Assembly: GCA_025786725.1 (NCBI GenBank)
Contig: JAHLTZ010000032.1
Span: 124,001-188,000 of the forward strand
Direction of reading: 5' to 3'
DNA: 64,000 bases
Origin: Syncephalis fuscata S228
Taxonomy: Eukaryota; Fungi; Zoopagomycota
The notes under the pieces are model-generated. The model was not told the DNA's origin. It saw only the letters and a list, made by a program, of their open reading frames with translations, and did not search any database. The position numbers were made by a program, and so were the translations under genes. Shown one piece after another: positions 26,874 to 38,736 of this stretch (positions are counted from its first letter, which is position 1; every line of letters begins with the position of its first letter).

Positions 26874-27819
26874 TTATACTGAGCAATTGCCCAAAATAGA
26901 ATTCAGCAGGTGGGCAGAGCGCACAATTGCTCGCGCAATAAATGTATCGACTCGTTCGGCATTGTCTCGATAGTAATCGATACTGAGGTCAAGTTTGTCG
27001 GTGGCATTTGCCGTTGTATAGGTAGGAAACACGTATCGGCAGTCAAAGTGATGCGCTGTGTTGACCCAGTTGATGGCACACGCGGCTATATTTATAGTGG
27101 GCGTTTTAAAGCAGCGCAGCCAATTGTCGTGCCACTTGGCAAACCGGCCAACTCGAATGTCTTGTTCCATTTGATCCAAGTATTTATCAAAGCTTCCGTT
27201 AAATCTTGTATCAATTGTCTTATCAATAATGTATTTATCCCAGACCATGTGCAAATTAGTCGACTTTGATTCCCAAAGGCAGTTTAAATCGTTGCCACCG
27301 TTAGCAAATCCACCCGAATGTAATGGTTGCGAAACATCTCCCAAAAAGTGCAATAAAAACTTAAGGGCTTCGGTGCGTTCATCGAATGGTGCATCGCAGC
27401 GAAGTCGATTGGTGTAGTTTTGTAAAGCACCGACGATGCAGCGATTGCCTGGACAAAATGCTGGCAAATAGTCGCGGCAGGTGTCGTCCGTGTGTTCCGG
27501 CCCCATATCAACAAAATGAAGGTCAAAAGACCATGCATAAGTTTTGCTTAATTTAACGGTGTCGGCCCAGTTTGCAGCCAGTCCAAAGTCGCCATGAGAA
27601 TAATCATCAAAATCGAGAAGCTGTTGAAGATTATTGCGCACATTATCTGCTAGTAAACGCTGGGTCACCAAGCCAATAGCAGCATGGCCTACAGTAAGAT
27701 ATTGGCGTTTAATAAATGTTTTGCACTTGCTACTTTGTCTTACCGTGTTCTTTCCATGCATCGACTATAGAAAACAGAAACACACTGCAAACAAAAAATA
27801 AAATGGTAGGCTTGAACAT
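26874..27819 (-). CDS. Secreted S1/P1 nuclease
   Basis: Signal peptide MFKPTILFFVCSVFLFSIVDA, then mature WKEHG|H across an intron (about 27690-27743); WADTVK, LHFVD, LKFLLHFLGDVSQPLH, GGN and NLHMVWD zinc-binding motifs. Confidence 0.95.
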
Positions 27820-28713
27820 TTCTTATTAAGGAGCGCAGAGACTTGGGAAATATAACAAGGCGGTTTGCTTGAAATTAATGCAATGCTGGATGGATGACGC
27901 GGCATAGTCATACGCAACACAGTAGTACAAACTGCCTCTTTATGGCATAAACTTAATTGTTATTGGATGCATGAAATACAGTTTAAAAAAGAAGTTTTAA
28001 TTGATAGCGTGGCATATATATATTTGTACTGAAATATAACGTTCAAGTGAAGTGATGTAACAATTATGAAACATTTGCGTAAATGATTTAGTAAAAGTTG
28101 GCTAATTTTCATTTGTTGTGTAATAGCTATTCAAGTATTTAGTCATCTATGAATAAAAAAACAGTATTAAGATATAAGTAAATTTATTTATATTTATAAA
28201 TTATGATAAATAATAAGAAAGAGCCTGATATTGTAAATTACAAAATACGAGTGCAATAACATTAAATGGTAGCTTAAAAAAGCAATAAAACAACCGACTC
28301 AACCTGTAACTATTTCCAACTATTTGTGTATCATGGTATAAACAGCAGGCCTTAATGTTTCATAGTCTTTGTCTTGTTGATACACATGTGGAAATCAACA
28401 ATGACGTTTTTTTTAAAAAGTCCATAAGCTAAGTTTGTTTCATTACGCTCGTACTAGAATACAAGCTGTACTTCAAATTCACGTCCGTCCATTGCCTTAT
28501 TTGACGATGTAGTTTCATTTAGGCTGCACATAAAACCTTGTTGCAAATATTATTTTATTATAAAATGGGCCAATCCATTGAATAGAAATACATTTTACTT
28601 TCACTTATCCGACTCTACAAACATTTCTTGAGTTTCCTTACGTATCGAAGCTGGTCTTCGTCAATATTATCACGTCCAACACATCCATCTTACGTCTATT
28701 ACTTTTCATTACA

Positions 28714-29452
28714 ATGACTCGTTTCTCCTACAGTCTACTTGTTGTGGCCGCTACGTTGATGCCATTGGCTCTGTTTGTCAACAATGCACCAACGGTTGTC
28801 GCTGCCCCCGTACCGCAGCAGCTTCCTGAGCATGGTATTATAAAGCTCAGCAACGGCGACATATACTCAATCAACAAAATTAACAATGCACCTAATATCA
28901 CCATCGACCAATTGACTAGCATGACTAGCACTACCAAGTCTGAAATGGCTCCAAAGAGACCGCTGACAATGATGTATCTCAAACCATTGTAACTAGTGAA
29001 TCCGAGACGACCAAGTCTATAGAAACTACTAAGCCGGCAGAAGATACCAAGCTAGCAGAAGTAGCACCAGCAACACCCACAAGCAATGATGCGCCCGTGG
29101 CCCCCATTACCGAAAGTACACCTGTACCTCCCTCCAAAACATCGTCTGTACCCATTGTTACCGACAATGCTGCCAATGAAAACTCGGGAAAAGGCACAGG
29201 CGGTAAATTAAAAAACATTGTCAAGGAAGTCCCAAAAAAGCTGCGTCATACTGTGCACGATAATGCGGATAAAGTTGGAATTATTGGAGGTGCTGCCGTC
29301 GGTATAGGAGTAACTTCTGCCACTGCTTCCGTCTTAGGCCCTGTTGCTCCTATTGCTGGCGGTATGGCTGAGGAAGCGGCAACAAAAAAATTGGCGCTGT
29401 AGTTAGCAAATGCACCGAAGATAATGCTAGCATTGCCTGTCTCAAAGCGTAA
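28714..29452 (+). CDS. Secreted protein with Thr/Pro/Glu linker and C-terminal glycine-zipper hairpin (paralog A; 2 frameshifts)
   Basis: Signal MTRFSYSLLVVAATLMPLALFVNNAPTVVA|APV; LRHTVHDNADKVGIIGGAAVGIGVTSATASVLGPVAPIAGG; the shifted frame ends IGAVVSKCTEDNASIACLKA*. Confidence 0.7.
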
Positions 29453-30717
29453 AAGACTGGCATAATAATAAATAATAAAATTAATGATAGACATCATATT
29501 TGAGTTCTATTACTGTAATACCGCTTATTAAGCTTAATCGTCATAAATGAATACAGTGTTGCAAAAATGAAACGACACCATTAAATGGTGTAACAATCGT
29601 GAAACTGAGTATTCATTTAGGTGATAAAAAGCCGTGACTAACAAACAATTTGGTTGAATTGTACTTTGACTTCCATATTATGAGTCCTCAAAGCAAAATT
29701 TGCTCCAATTCAAGTCACACTGCTATGTACAACAAATATAGCTATAATGTTTTTATTTGACTACTTTGAAATTCACGAGGCCAATCATTGTTGTTGTTGA
29801 CTATGCGTAGAAAGATTGATAGAATATTATTAAAAGCCATATGATTGCAATTCCACGTTATTCCACTGTTATTGTTATTGCTATTACATACAGCGTGGTT
29901 TCTTGCATCTAAATGGTCTCTTCTGTTTTCCAATCTTCTACTGTTGCATCAACATCATAATTAAATGTGACATTTTATTGTAAGTAGCATGAAATACTAT
30001 TTAACATTTATTAACACTGATATCAAATATTGAAAATTGTGCTGATTAATTCTCTAATTAATTCAATTGGAGTTGATGTGACACTGCTTCAACAAACCAC
30101 ACTTTTCAGCGGTAAAAGCTGATTGGCGGTTTACTGTTCAAGCTATGGATCTTTGTCCCCAGTTTAAAGCTAGGGGCTCAAAGTACAATAGCTTCTTTAT
30201 TATAAAATTACCCCTGTTTAAGAAATAATGATGTGTCATTTACCATGTACATTTGTTAAATGTAACTAATCATCCGCTATTACATAAATAAATAAGTACT
30301 TGAGTGTAATTGCTTTTAGCAAATATTAATATTTTTTTAAAAATTTTAAGTATACGCTTTAATCATCAATACTGTTCAAAATACGGCGTTTACTTTTTAT
30401 ACCTCTATTTAATGCATGGAAATTGCTATTTAATGTGTAACTTACACGGTACGTTTTGTATGTTTGTATCAGACTTGAAATGCATAAAGACCACTGGCTA
30501 AATCCTTGTCTGTTTCATATTACCAACTATGTATATTTACATTTGCAAATGTCATACGAGTATAAATGTTTGTAGAAATAACTTGCTTTACCAGTATTCC
30601 TCGCTCACAAACTTACTCACCTCATTCACTTCACTCACAAACATACTCAACGATAAAGAAGCAGGCCTTCTTTATAGGCATTTTAACGCTAACTTGATTT
30701 TACGATCTTTATACAAA

Positions 30718-31278
30718 ATGATGCAATCTTTCTCCCTTCGTTCTATTGCTATTGTCGGTGCGCTACTATCTGTAGTGCTGTTCAGCAACTCTCCATCCAC
30801 CGTTTCTGCCGCTCCAGTAATTGGTGATTTAAATTTTACTAGAATTGTAGGATTGTCTGTGAATGATCCAGCACCACTTAGCAAGGCTGAAAAGCAGGAC
30901 CAAGTAGCACTTCAAAAACGTTCGCCTAATGAAATAAATGATAAGTTCAACAATATCAAGGAAAATGTAGGAAACAGCATCAACAAGTTTGAAAATAAGG
31001 CCGGGGCAGCATTCAATAGTGTCAAGAATGAAGCAAGTGAATTTGGCAAGAAAGCACCAGGTGTGATGCGAAAAACAATAAACGAACATTCAGGTGCCAT
31101 CGGGGCAGCTACAGGAACAGTGGTAGGCACAGGTGTAACTGCAGCCATCGGTCCAGCTATGGGTCCATTTGGCCCAGTCGTTGGCGGTGCAACAGGCAAG
31201 GTTGTTGGAGACCATGTTGCAAAAGTTGCCAAGAAATGCACCGAGGACAATGCCACTAAAAAATGCCTGCTAGGATAA
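30718..31278 (+). CDS. Secreted glycine-zipper protein (paralog B)
   Basis: Intact single exon. Signal MMQSFSLRSIAIVGALLSVVLFSNSPSTVSA|APV; LQKR|SP dibasic site; 11-aa-periodic amphipathic helix; GAIGAATGTVVGTGVTAAIGPAMGPFGPVVGGATGKVVG; ends KCTEDNATKKCLLG*. Confidence 0.85.
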   Translation: MMQSFSLRSIAIVGALLSVVLFSNSPSTVSAAPVIGDLNFTRIVGLSVNDPAPLSKAEKQDQVALQKRSPNEINDKFNNIKENVGNSINKFENKAGAAFNSVKNEASEFGKKAPGVMRKTINEHSGAIGAATGTVVGTGVTAAIGPAMGPFGPVVGGATGKVVGDHVAKVAKKCTEDNATKKCLLG

Positions 31279-32243
31279 AATGACCGATTGGAAATGCAAC
31301 CATCATAACTATAAATTCTATAACGACAATACCATTTACTTACGATATCGTTGCAGATAATGACTTATAAATGCACGATAATAAACATAACAATATGAAT
31401 AAAATCTAAAATATTAACAAATTTTGTTTGTATTCACTACATAAAATCACTAGTGTACTATTTATTTATTTGTTAAAATAAAAGATAAATAATATAATAA
31501 TACTTGCTATTCCAGCAATTAGTTATATCTAATATAATTACACTATGCTATTTATGTAAAAAAACCCATCAATAGTTTAGTTAATTATTTCAATTATTAC
31601 TATTGCATATCTATGCTACTATATATTATTCAATCATATACCAACCCCATTTTATTTGTTATAAATTGCAATGTATTTTACAATTTCATTCATCTAATTA
31701 TACACACTACAACCTCGGCACTATTATTTATGCATTGTACTGTGCTCATGCATTCTCTTTTATATTTTTTACATTTTACTAGGCATGTTCTACTAATAAA
31801 TGCTGTTTTATATCGCTGTTCATATTCTATACAAGGTTTACTTGATTTAATCAGGCATACGCACACATGTTATGCTTTTATTATCATTATTAATTTACTT
31901 TATTTGACTATAATATAAATTCATATTACTTTGCTAGCTTACAGCTACATTTCTAGTATTAATAAAATGTATAATAATAATAGTTTAATCTTTACAAAAT
32001 GACAAACAATGACATAAGTATTAACGTATTTAAACATATTTTATTGAATTGGCTAAGTAATAGTTTTAAAAATATCTAAGCATATAAATTGTGCTGTCAT
32101 GGGCCGTTAACAAATAATTGCTTCTTGTTAGCTCTGGCCAATCAAATGTCGTATCGTTGTGTCTTGAGATGCTTAAAGTTTGTAAAACTTTTCCAATCAT
32201 TCAGATAAATAATAAACTTGTTTACCCATGTCTGGTGACTGCG

Positions 32244-33520
32244 TTATTGTTGTTGTTGTTGTTGGGTACCAGTGTTGCCTGTCGCACCATTAGCTCCAGC
32301 ATTAGCATTTAAACCTGCTGCACTATTAGCTCCAGCATTAGCATTTGAGCCTGTTGCCGCTCCATGAGTTGCAGCATTGTTGGTTGGGCCTGTTGTCGCA
32401 TTATTAGCTTCTGTATCATTCTTTGGACCTGTTGTTGCACTAGTAGCTTCGGCATTAGTATTTGTACCTGCAGTTGCGTTATTAGCTTCTGCAGCATTTT
32501 TTGGGCTTGTTGTTGCACTGTTAGCACCGTTGGCTTCAGTACTAGTGGCTGGAGTTGTTGTTGCGTTAGTAGCTCCAGTGCCAACCTGTTGCTGAAGATT
32601 GATGGTAATATTAACGTTATTTGCAGAGTTACCTGGAGTCGAAGAGTTAGAATTACCAGCAGCTGGAGCAGAGGCTGGAGCAGAGCTGAAGGAGCTCTAG
32701 TAGCTCCAGTAGTCCAGTAGTTCCGGTAGTTCCACTTGCGCTGTCCAAAGAGGAAGAGCTACTTGTGTCGCTTAATGAAGAGCCGCCCATACTTCCAATG
32801 AAGAAGAGCCGCCCATACTGTCCAATGAAGAAGAGCCACCCATACTGTCCAATGAAGAAGAGCCACCCATACTGTCCAATGAAGAAGAGCCGCCCATACT
32901 GTCCAATGAAGAAGAGCCGCCCATACTGTTTAATGAAGAAGAGCCGCCCATACTGTCCAATGAAGAAGAGCCGCCCATACTGTCCATGGAAGAGCCGCCC
33001 ATGCCACTCATACCCATACTGTCCATAGAGGAGCCGCCCATGCCGCTCATTGAGGAGCCACTCATGCCGCCCATTGAAGAGCCACTCATGCCATTCATAC
33101 CATTCATGTTGTTGTTCATAGTACCGCTTGTTTGAGGATTCATTCCATAAAGTATAGAGACATTAGGCATGACACTTTGCATTAATGATCCAGTATTGCC
33201 CATGCCACTCATACCGCTCATGCCCATACCGCTCATGCCCATGCTGCTCATGCTGCTCATGCCGTAAGAGTCGTAACCTGAACCACTCATACCGTAGCCT
33301 GAGCTGCCCATACCGTAGCCTGAGCTACCATACGTAGCTTGACTGCCATACCGTAGCTTGAGCTGCCCATACCGTAGCCTGAGCTACCCATACCGTAGCC
33401 TGAGCTGCTGCCATACATATCGTAAGAACTGCCATATGGATTTGGTACAGGGATAGCATCTGTTGTGTGTGCTAAAATGCCGAGTAAAACGACAACGTCA
33501 AGTGTTATTGTTGATTTCAT
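32244..33520 (-). CDS. Secreted Met/Gly/Ser repeat protein with Asn/Ala/Thr-rich C-terminal repeats (frameshifted as assembled)
   Basis: Signal MKSTITLDVVVLLGILAHTTDA|IPVP; GYGMGSS repeats; SSSLDSMGG repeats; about 13-aa ANNATTG-type repeats with NxT sequons; probable end TQQQQQQ* at 32244. The 3' end is uncertain. Confidence 0.7.
32776..33040 (-). repeat. 27-bp coding tandem repeat (SSSLDSMGG), about 7 near-perfect plus degenerate copies
   Basis: tgaagaagagccgcccatactgtccaa is repeated in tandem on the + strand. Confidence 0.95.
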
Positions 33521-34160
33521 GGTGGTGTATCGTTATTTGTGTGTTATAATTGATGTCTATCCAGTAGAAGAGAAGAAGGTTGGTTTAAGAATTTAGAAAA
33601 TTGCCATTACCATTAAAAAGCTCTGGCTGTTTCTGAAATCGGAGTTACTGCAATATAAAATGCTTTATAAGTAAATGGTATATTTCTTTTAGAATAAATT
33701 TCTATTTCAGCGATACGGAGAGCTTGTAGCCAAACAACAACTCCGACGCAAATTTGCCTATACAAATTAGTATGTATTTAATTGCACATATCCAACAGTT
33801 TGGTCTAATAATAAATACACTTATAAGTATCTTGCAATCAGAGCTATTGTTACATACTATTAACAATATACATATTGCTAATATTCTGATATTTTTGACA
33901 GGGTCTTGTAAAAGTATAACTTGAAATATACTATGTGGTTGGACAATATGCTAGTTGCATGTAATTGATCACAAGAATAAATACATATCGAATATCAGCA
34001 TAGTTACTAGCAATAGAAAACTATTACAGAAATGTAGACAGTAAATAATTGTTAAATATCAACAGATAAACATCCACATGGACCTATATGTTGGCTATAA
34101 TAGAATTTGAATGCCATGTGATATTTCATTATTGGTCATGTCTATTGTATGATACTAAAT

Positions 34161-34236
34161 TTATCCAATATCAATAAATACATTATTAGCTTATAGTTTT
34201 ATATCATTTCTACTTGTCATGCAAATTATTCAGCTT
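34161..34236 (+). repeat. Dispersed ~75-bp repeat, copy 2
   Basis: Matches 15591-15666 in the same orientation with a few substitutions. Confidence 0.85.
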
Positions 34237-34527
34237 ATTGTAGTTAAAACTATGGCAATTAATGACTAATGAAGAATAAATTTACTATCAACTAAATATC
34301 ATCCGCACATTGTATTCTAGGTGTTAGAGTGTTAGTAAATGTCAAAGAATAATGCTATAAAATAACATCAAGATAAGCCACTGTTTGGTCATCCAAGTTG
34401 CAATTTTTAAAATTATAAATGCAACAGTATACATAATAAGTTATATTTATTAATAAAAATAACACATATTATTCGTTTATCCATTTGAATAAAAGAGTAA
34501 ATAAACAAAATATATTATTAAGCATGT

Positions 34528-36662
34528 TCAATTTGCACGCTGTCGTTGAGCAGACGAACAGGAAAACGCCAGTAACCATTTAGTATTGGTGAGAGCGTAT
34601 TTGAGCGCACGAGTCCAGGTATCCTCATGGCTAAACCGCAATCGAATACATGAATCGCCAATACGATCGTTATCAATTCTAGTTAAAGGTAAGCTATTAT
34701 CGCATAAATTATTGCATATATTTTCCTACCGATATGGCAATTTCAAACTGTTATCTTGCTTTTCAGCATATTCTCCTAATTGACGTAGACAGTCAAGAAT
34801 GCCACCATACCTTGATCAAATCGACGATTCTGTAGTAGACGACCAAGATGAAATTCGCCTGATCCATATCTATGGATAATGTTTTTTATTAGTACAAGCT
34901 ATTTACATTTATAACATTGCAGTTTAGTAGCTTACAATTCATATTGTGTCTTTTCGTCTTCGATCATATCTATACGTGAAAATGAGCCTAATGGAACTAG
35001 TTTGTATCTATTTACATTATAAGAACACAAGTAAATACTAATTATCTGTAGAACCAACACACTATACTTTTTTAGTTGAAAATTAAGCTTGTTGCATATT
35101 GTTTGGAGTAGCAATACTGTCAGTCCCCAGGCTGCATTAATTTCCGTCCATTCAATCTAATAAAATACAATTTATTATCAAATATTTTTGGCTGTATAAA
35201 CTACTTACTGGCTGTGAAGAAAGACGTCCTAAACGAAATCCATTAATAGTACCAAATGGGCCGTCGTGACTAATGTGAAAAGCATCGTTAAATACATTTG
35301 TCTTTTGAAGTCGCTCCATCCAGTCAGAAGCCTGTTGCAGTGCCAACTCAAGACTGTCGCGTTCCGCGTCAAGTTGGCAAAGTTTCGTCTCGTATTCATT
35401 ATACTCTTCCCACCGACTAGTAATTCAGCATTAATTATTTAAAATTGCCAATTCTATCGTGTTCCTACCTTCGTTCAAGCACATCCAGCTCTTGCGTTTC
35501 TTTCTCAAGTATTTGAAATGCATCCCGTGTCACCGTTAATTGGTTTTCCATTTCTTGTATAGAGTCAAGATATGCTTGTTCTTCATTTTTCAACGCCTCC
35601 AGCTCTTTTTCCAAATCAGCAGTCGCAGCTGCATCCGGAAGGTCTTTATCGAGTCGTGCTAAAAACTCGGCATATCTGTCTCGTTCTGAGGTCAGTTCGG
35701 CAAGCTGTCTTGACATAATATCCAGTGTAAGATCTGTGCATCGTTGACATAATGGATGTTCTAATCGGCCAATAGCTTGATCGATACTGCTATCTTCGTT
35801 ATTTCCAGCTCGTTGGTTTGTTAGCTCTGTTAGCATATCAATGACTTTTAGTCGATGGCTGAAACTACCGCTTTCCGAAGAGTCAGCACCATTGCTATGA
35901 CCCGTCTTAACTGCGTTCTGTTGATTTGCTGAAGAATTTACTGACTGGCCATGGTCAGTACCTGGTTTAGTTGGATGAATACGTCCTGTAGTCGGTTGTT
36001 GTACACTAGTACCACCAATTTGAGGTGCTTTATTCATCAGTGTACTACCCTGTAGGCCAAATGGTTCACCAAATTGTGATTCTGTCAACATAACGAACGA
36101 TTCACTTGGTGCTAGCATAGGTGGTGCATGCACAACTCGTCGACCCATTTGAGGCACAGCATTCACAGGCAAATCTAGCCATCGATTATGATTTGCCATA
36201 TTGACCAATCGATGACTACCATTTCCACCACCTTCTGTTGCTATCAATGCTGCAGCCTCAGATCCATGAGATGTGTTTATATGTACATTTTGTGTTGAAT
36301 GATCATGTCGAGATAAAGGATGCTGTTCCCCTGACTCGACAGTATAATTGCATTGACCATGACTGCTACTAGAGTTTATAGATGTTGTTGTAGTTGTAGT
36401 TGCTGTTGCTGTTGTTATAGACGTTGCGTTGGTGGCGTTGTATAACCAGATGCACCTACTCCAATTCTGCTATAAGCTTCTCGTTCTAGCCAATAAAACA
36501 AACAACATTAACGATTAATACCAAATGAGTATATATATATTTATATCTACCTTGAAGAAAGTCAAAAGCACTTGCATTCAGGTCCAGCAGCGATTCATGA
36601 ACATCAAGAAGCTGGCCACAACGTTGACAAGCAATATCGTTGGCATCTAGAATGTGCGCCAT
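34528..36662 (-). CDS. ATG6: Autophagy protein Atg6/Vps30 (Beclin-1)
   Basis: CQRC at the N-terminus, ESFVML, HPLCQRC, coiled coil, LQKTNVFNDAFHISHDGPFGTINGFRLGRL, EINAAWG, PLGSFSRI, WTRALKYALTNTKWLLAF. Confidence 0.95.
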
Positions 36663-36893
36663 TATACAGATGATGAAAATACTCGGTAGGCAGTACAAAA
36701 GACGGTCATATGAAGGCCGACGTCATTCCACGAGAAAATTGAGAAAAGAGAAACCGAGAATAAATAATAATGATTAATTCATTAATATTAATAAATGTAA
36801 TAATTACACTACAGTTAGTATAACAGCTGTGTTTATATTTGCAAGTGAATATTTGCTTTTCTTTTTCTAGTTTGCATTCTTGTTCTTTAAACA

Positions 36894-38470
36894 ATGTCGG
36901 TGCTTCGGCCTACTATTCTGTTACGTAACTATACTCGGTGTACAGCAGTTACAACTCGCTGCAACTTAATACCGCGAATCAGTACATCGGCTGCTCGGGG
37001 AACGCGTGTTACTTTGGCAATTCAAACTGGTCGCGCCTTCTCGATTGCTAGTCTATTGGGCGGTCGTAAAACACAAACCAACAAACCGAGTAGCACGGCC
37101 AAGCCAGTATTGCAAGCCGATAATCTCTTCCACCCGCTTATTTCATCGCCATTTCGTGATTTAAAAGAACGCGGTGAAGCAGCGGCCGATCATGGTGTCT
37201 GTCCAGGCTGCCTAACCGAAGCAGGTCTTCCAGACGCTACGGGTATAGAAGCACACTGCGCATCGCGAAAGCCTTCGTTTACTTGTCCAGATTGTGGCTT
37301 TCCTACACATTGTTCTCATGAACATTGGGAAATGGATCATGAAGCTCACCAAAAGGTATGCAAAGCATTGCGGCAAGTAAATGAAGACGAACACGATTTA
37401 AGATCAGGTCGTCGTCTTTTGGAGTTTGAATATCCTGGACCACAAGGATTTGAAGAAGCCGTCAATTTATCTAACTGGGATACATTTTTCTATACGCGCA
37501 ACTTTCCAAGTTTAAATGAAGAACGTTTTCTTCGACATGCATCCAAGCCACTTACTTATCCAATTACCATAGCTTCAATGCTGCATGACACGTCGCCTTA
37601 TACAGTTAGCCGAGAACTAACGGGTGAAGGCATTAAATCGCTTACAGGTAACGTATAGTTTATTATTGAATATATATATTATAGTTTATTAATATACTGG
37701 TACATTACTATTATTATTATTATTATTATTCAATAGCATTACGAACAACACTGACCGCTGAAAATGCTTCCCAACAATCGTCTGAAGCAGCAGCAGCGGC
37801 AAAATTCCCGCGACCTGTTCGCATTATTATGTCAGGTGCACGCGCTGAATCCCAGTTACCGGTTGAAGCATGGATGCAACTATTGTACTTGTTCCCTAAT
37901 ACGACATTCCATTTACACTTTATCGGTCCTGAAGTCCGTCCACCGCCTGCACTTGCCAAAGAAATGAATAAAACGATTACTAATGAAGACAGAAATGCCA
38001 CCGTTGAAGATACTGCTGGTGAAGTTTACCACCCACCCGTCTCTCTATCGCCTACATCCAACCTAATCCTTACTTGGCACAATTCAGAGTATAATATGCG
38101 TGTCCATCAAGGCCTAGCACCATTCGATCCATACCGCGACGTATTCTTCTATTTCTGTCCTGGGTTTGGTCATCCTCAACAACGGGCCGGTTGGCATGAT
38201 GCTGTACGTATGGCTATTCGAACACAGTGTTCAATGTTTGCCACAGGCTTTGATGCTGCTGACATTCAACAAGATTGTGGCTGTCTAGCCGAGGATCACG
38301 GTGAAGAAATGGACTGGCTTATGCATCCAACGATTAATTGTTTCCGATCATTAAAACCTGACGTATTTCTAGGCGATGTTCGTCAGCATATTTTCACAAA
38401 TTGGAGTATTTACGGCGTACGTGGCAAACGATATGAAGTCAAATCATCGGAAGATGACGAAGAAGAGTAG
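36894..38470 (+). CDS. MSS51: Mitochondrial COX1 translational activator/assembly factor Mss51
   Basis: Arg-rich presequence; DNLFHPL..SP; CPDCGFPTHCSHEHW zinc finger; NEDEHDLRSGR; NWDTFFYTRNF; GARAESQLP; PFDPYRDVF; one intron at about 37648-37736. Confidence 0.93.
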
Positions 38471-38736
38471 TAAGACTAGCGAAACATTATCAATATTTAC
38501 AGAATATAAATCGTATCCATTCGTACAAGTATAATAAAAGCTTTTTATTTATATTTGTTTTGTCAATCTGTCATAGTAATGTTATTGCGTATTTGTTTGA
38601 ATTTAATTTAACAATTATTAATAAATGTAAATGTATTACTGTCATTACTACTATTGTTATTACAGTGCATTTGTTTTAAAATCATTTTCATGATTATTAT
38701 TTTATTGTGATTCAATACATAAGTTGAACAAATAAA

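Noticed and set aside
28950-28960. Kex2-like APKR site in glycine-zipper paralog A
   Set aside because: It lies at or after the frameshift; the continuing frame reads SKETADND, so the KR is probably an artefact.
32765-33028. Plus-strand ORF with MKKSRPYCP repeats, or a CRISPR-like array
   Set aside because: It is the antisense reading of the 27-bp SSSLDSMGG coding repeat. The units are contiguous with no unique spacers, and the context is eukaryotic.
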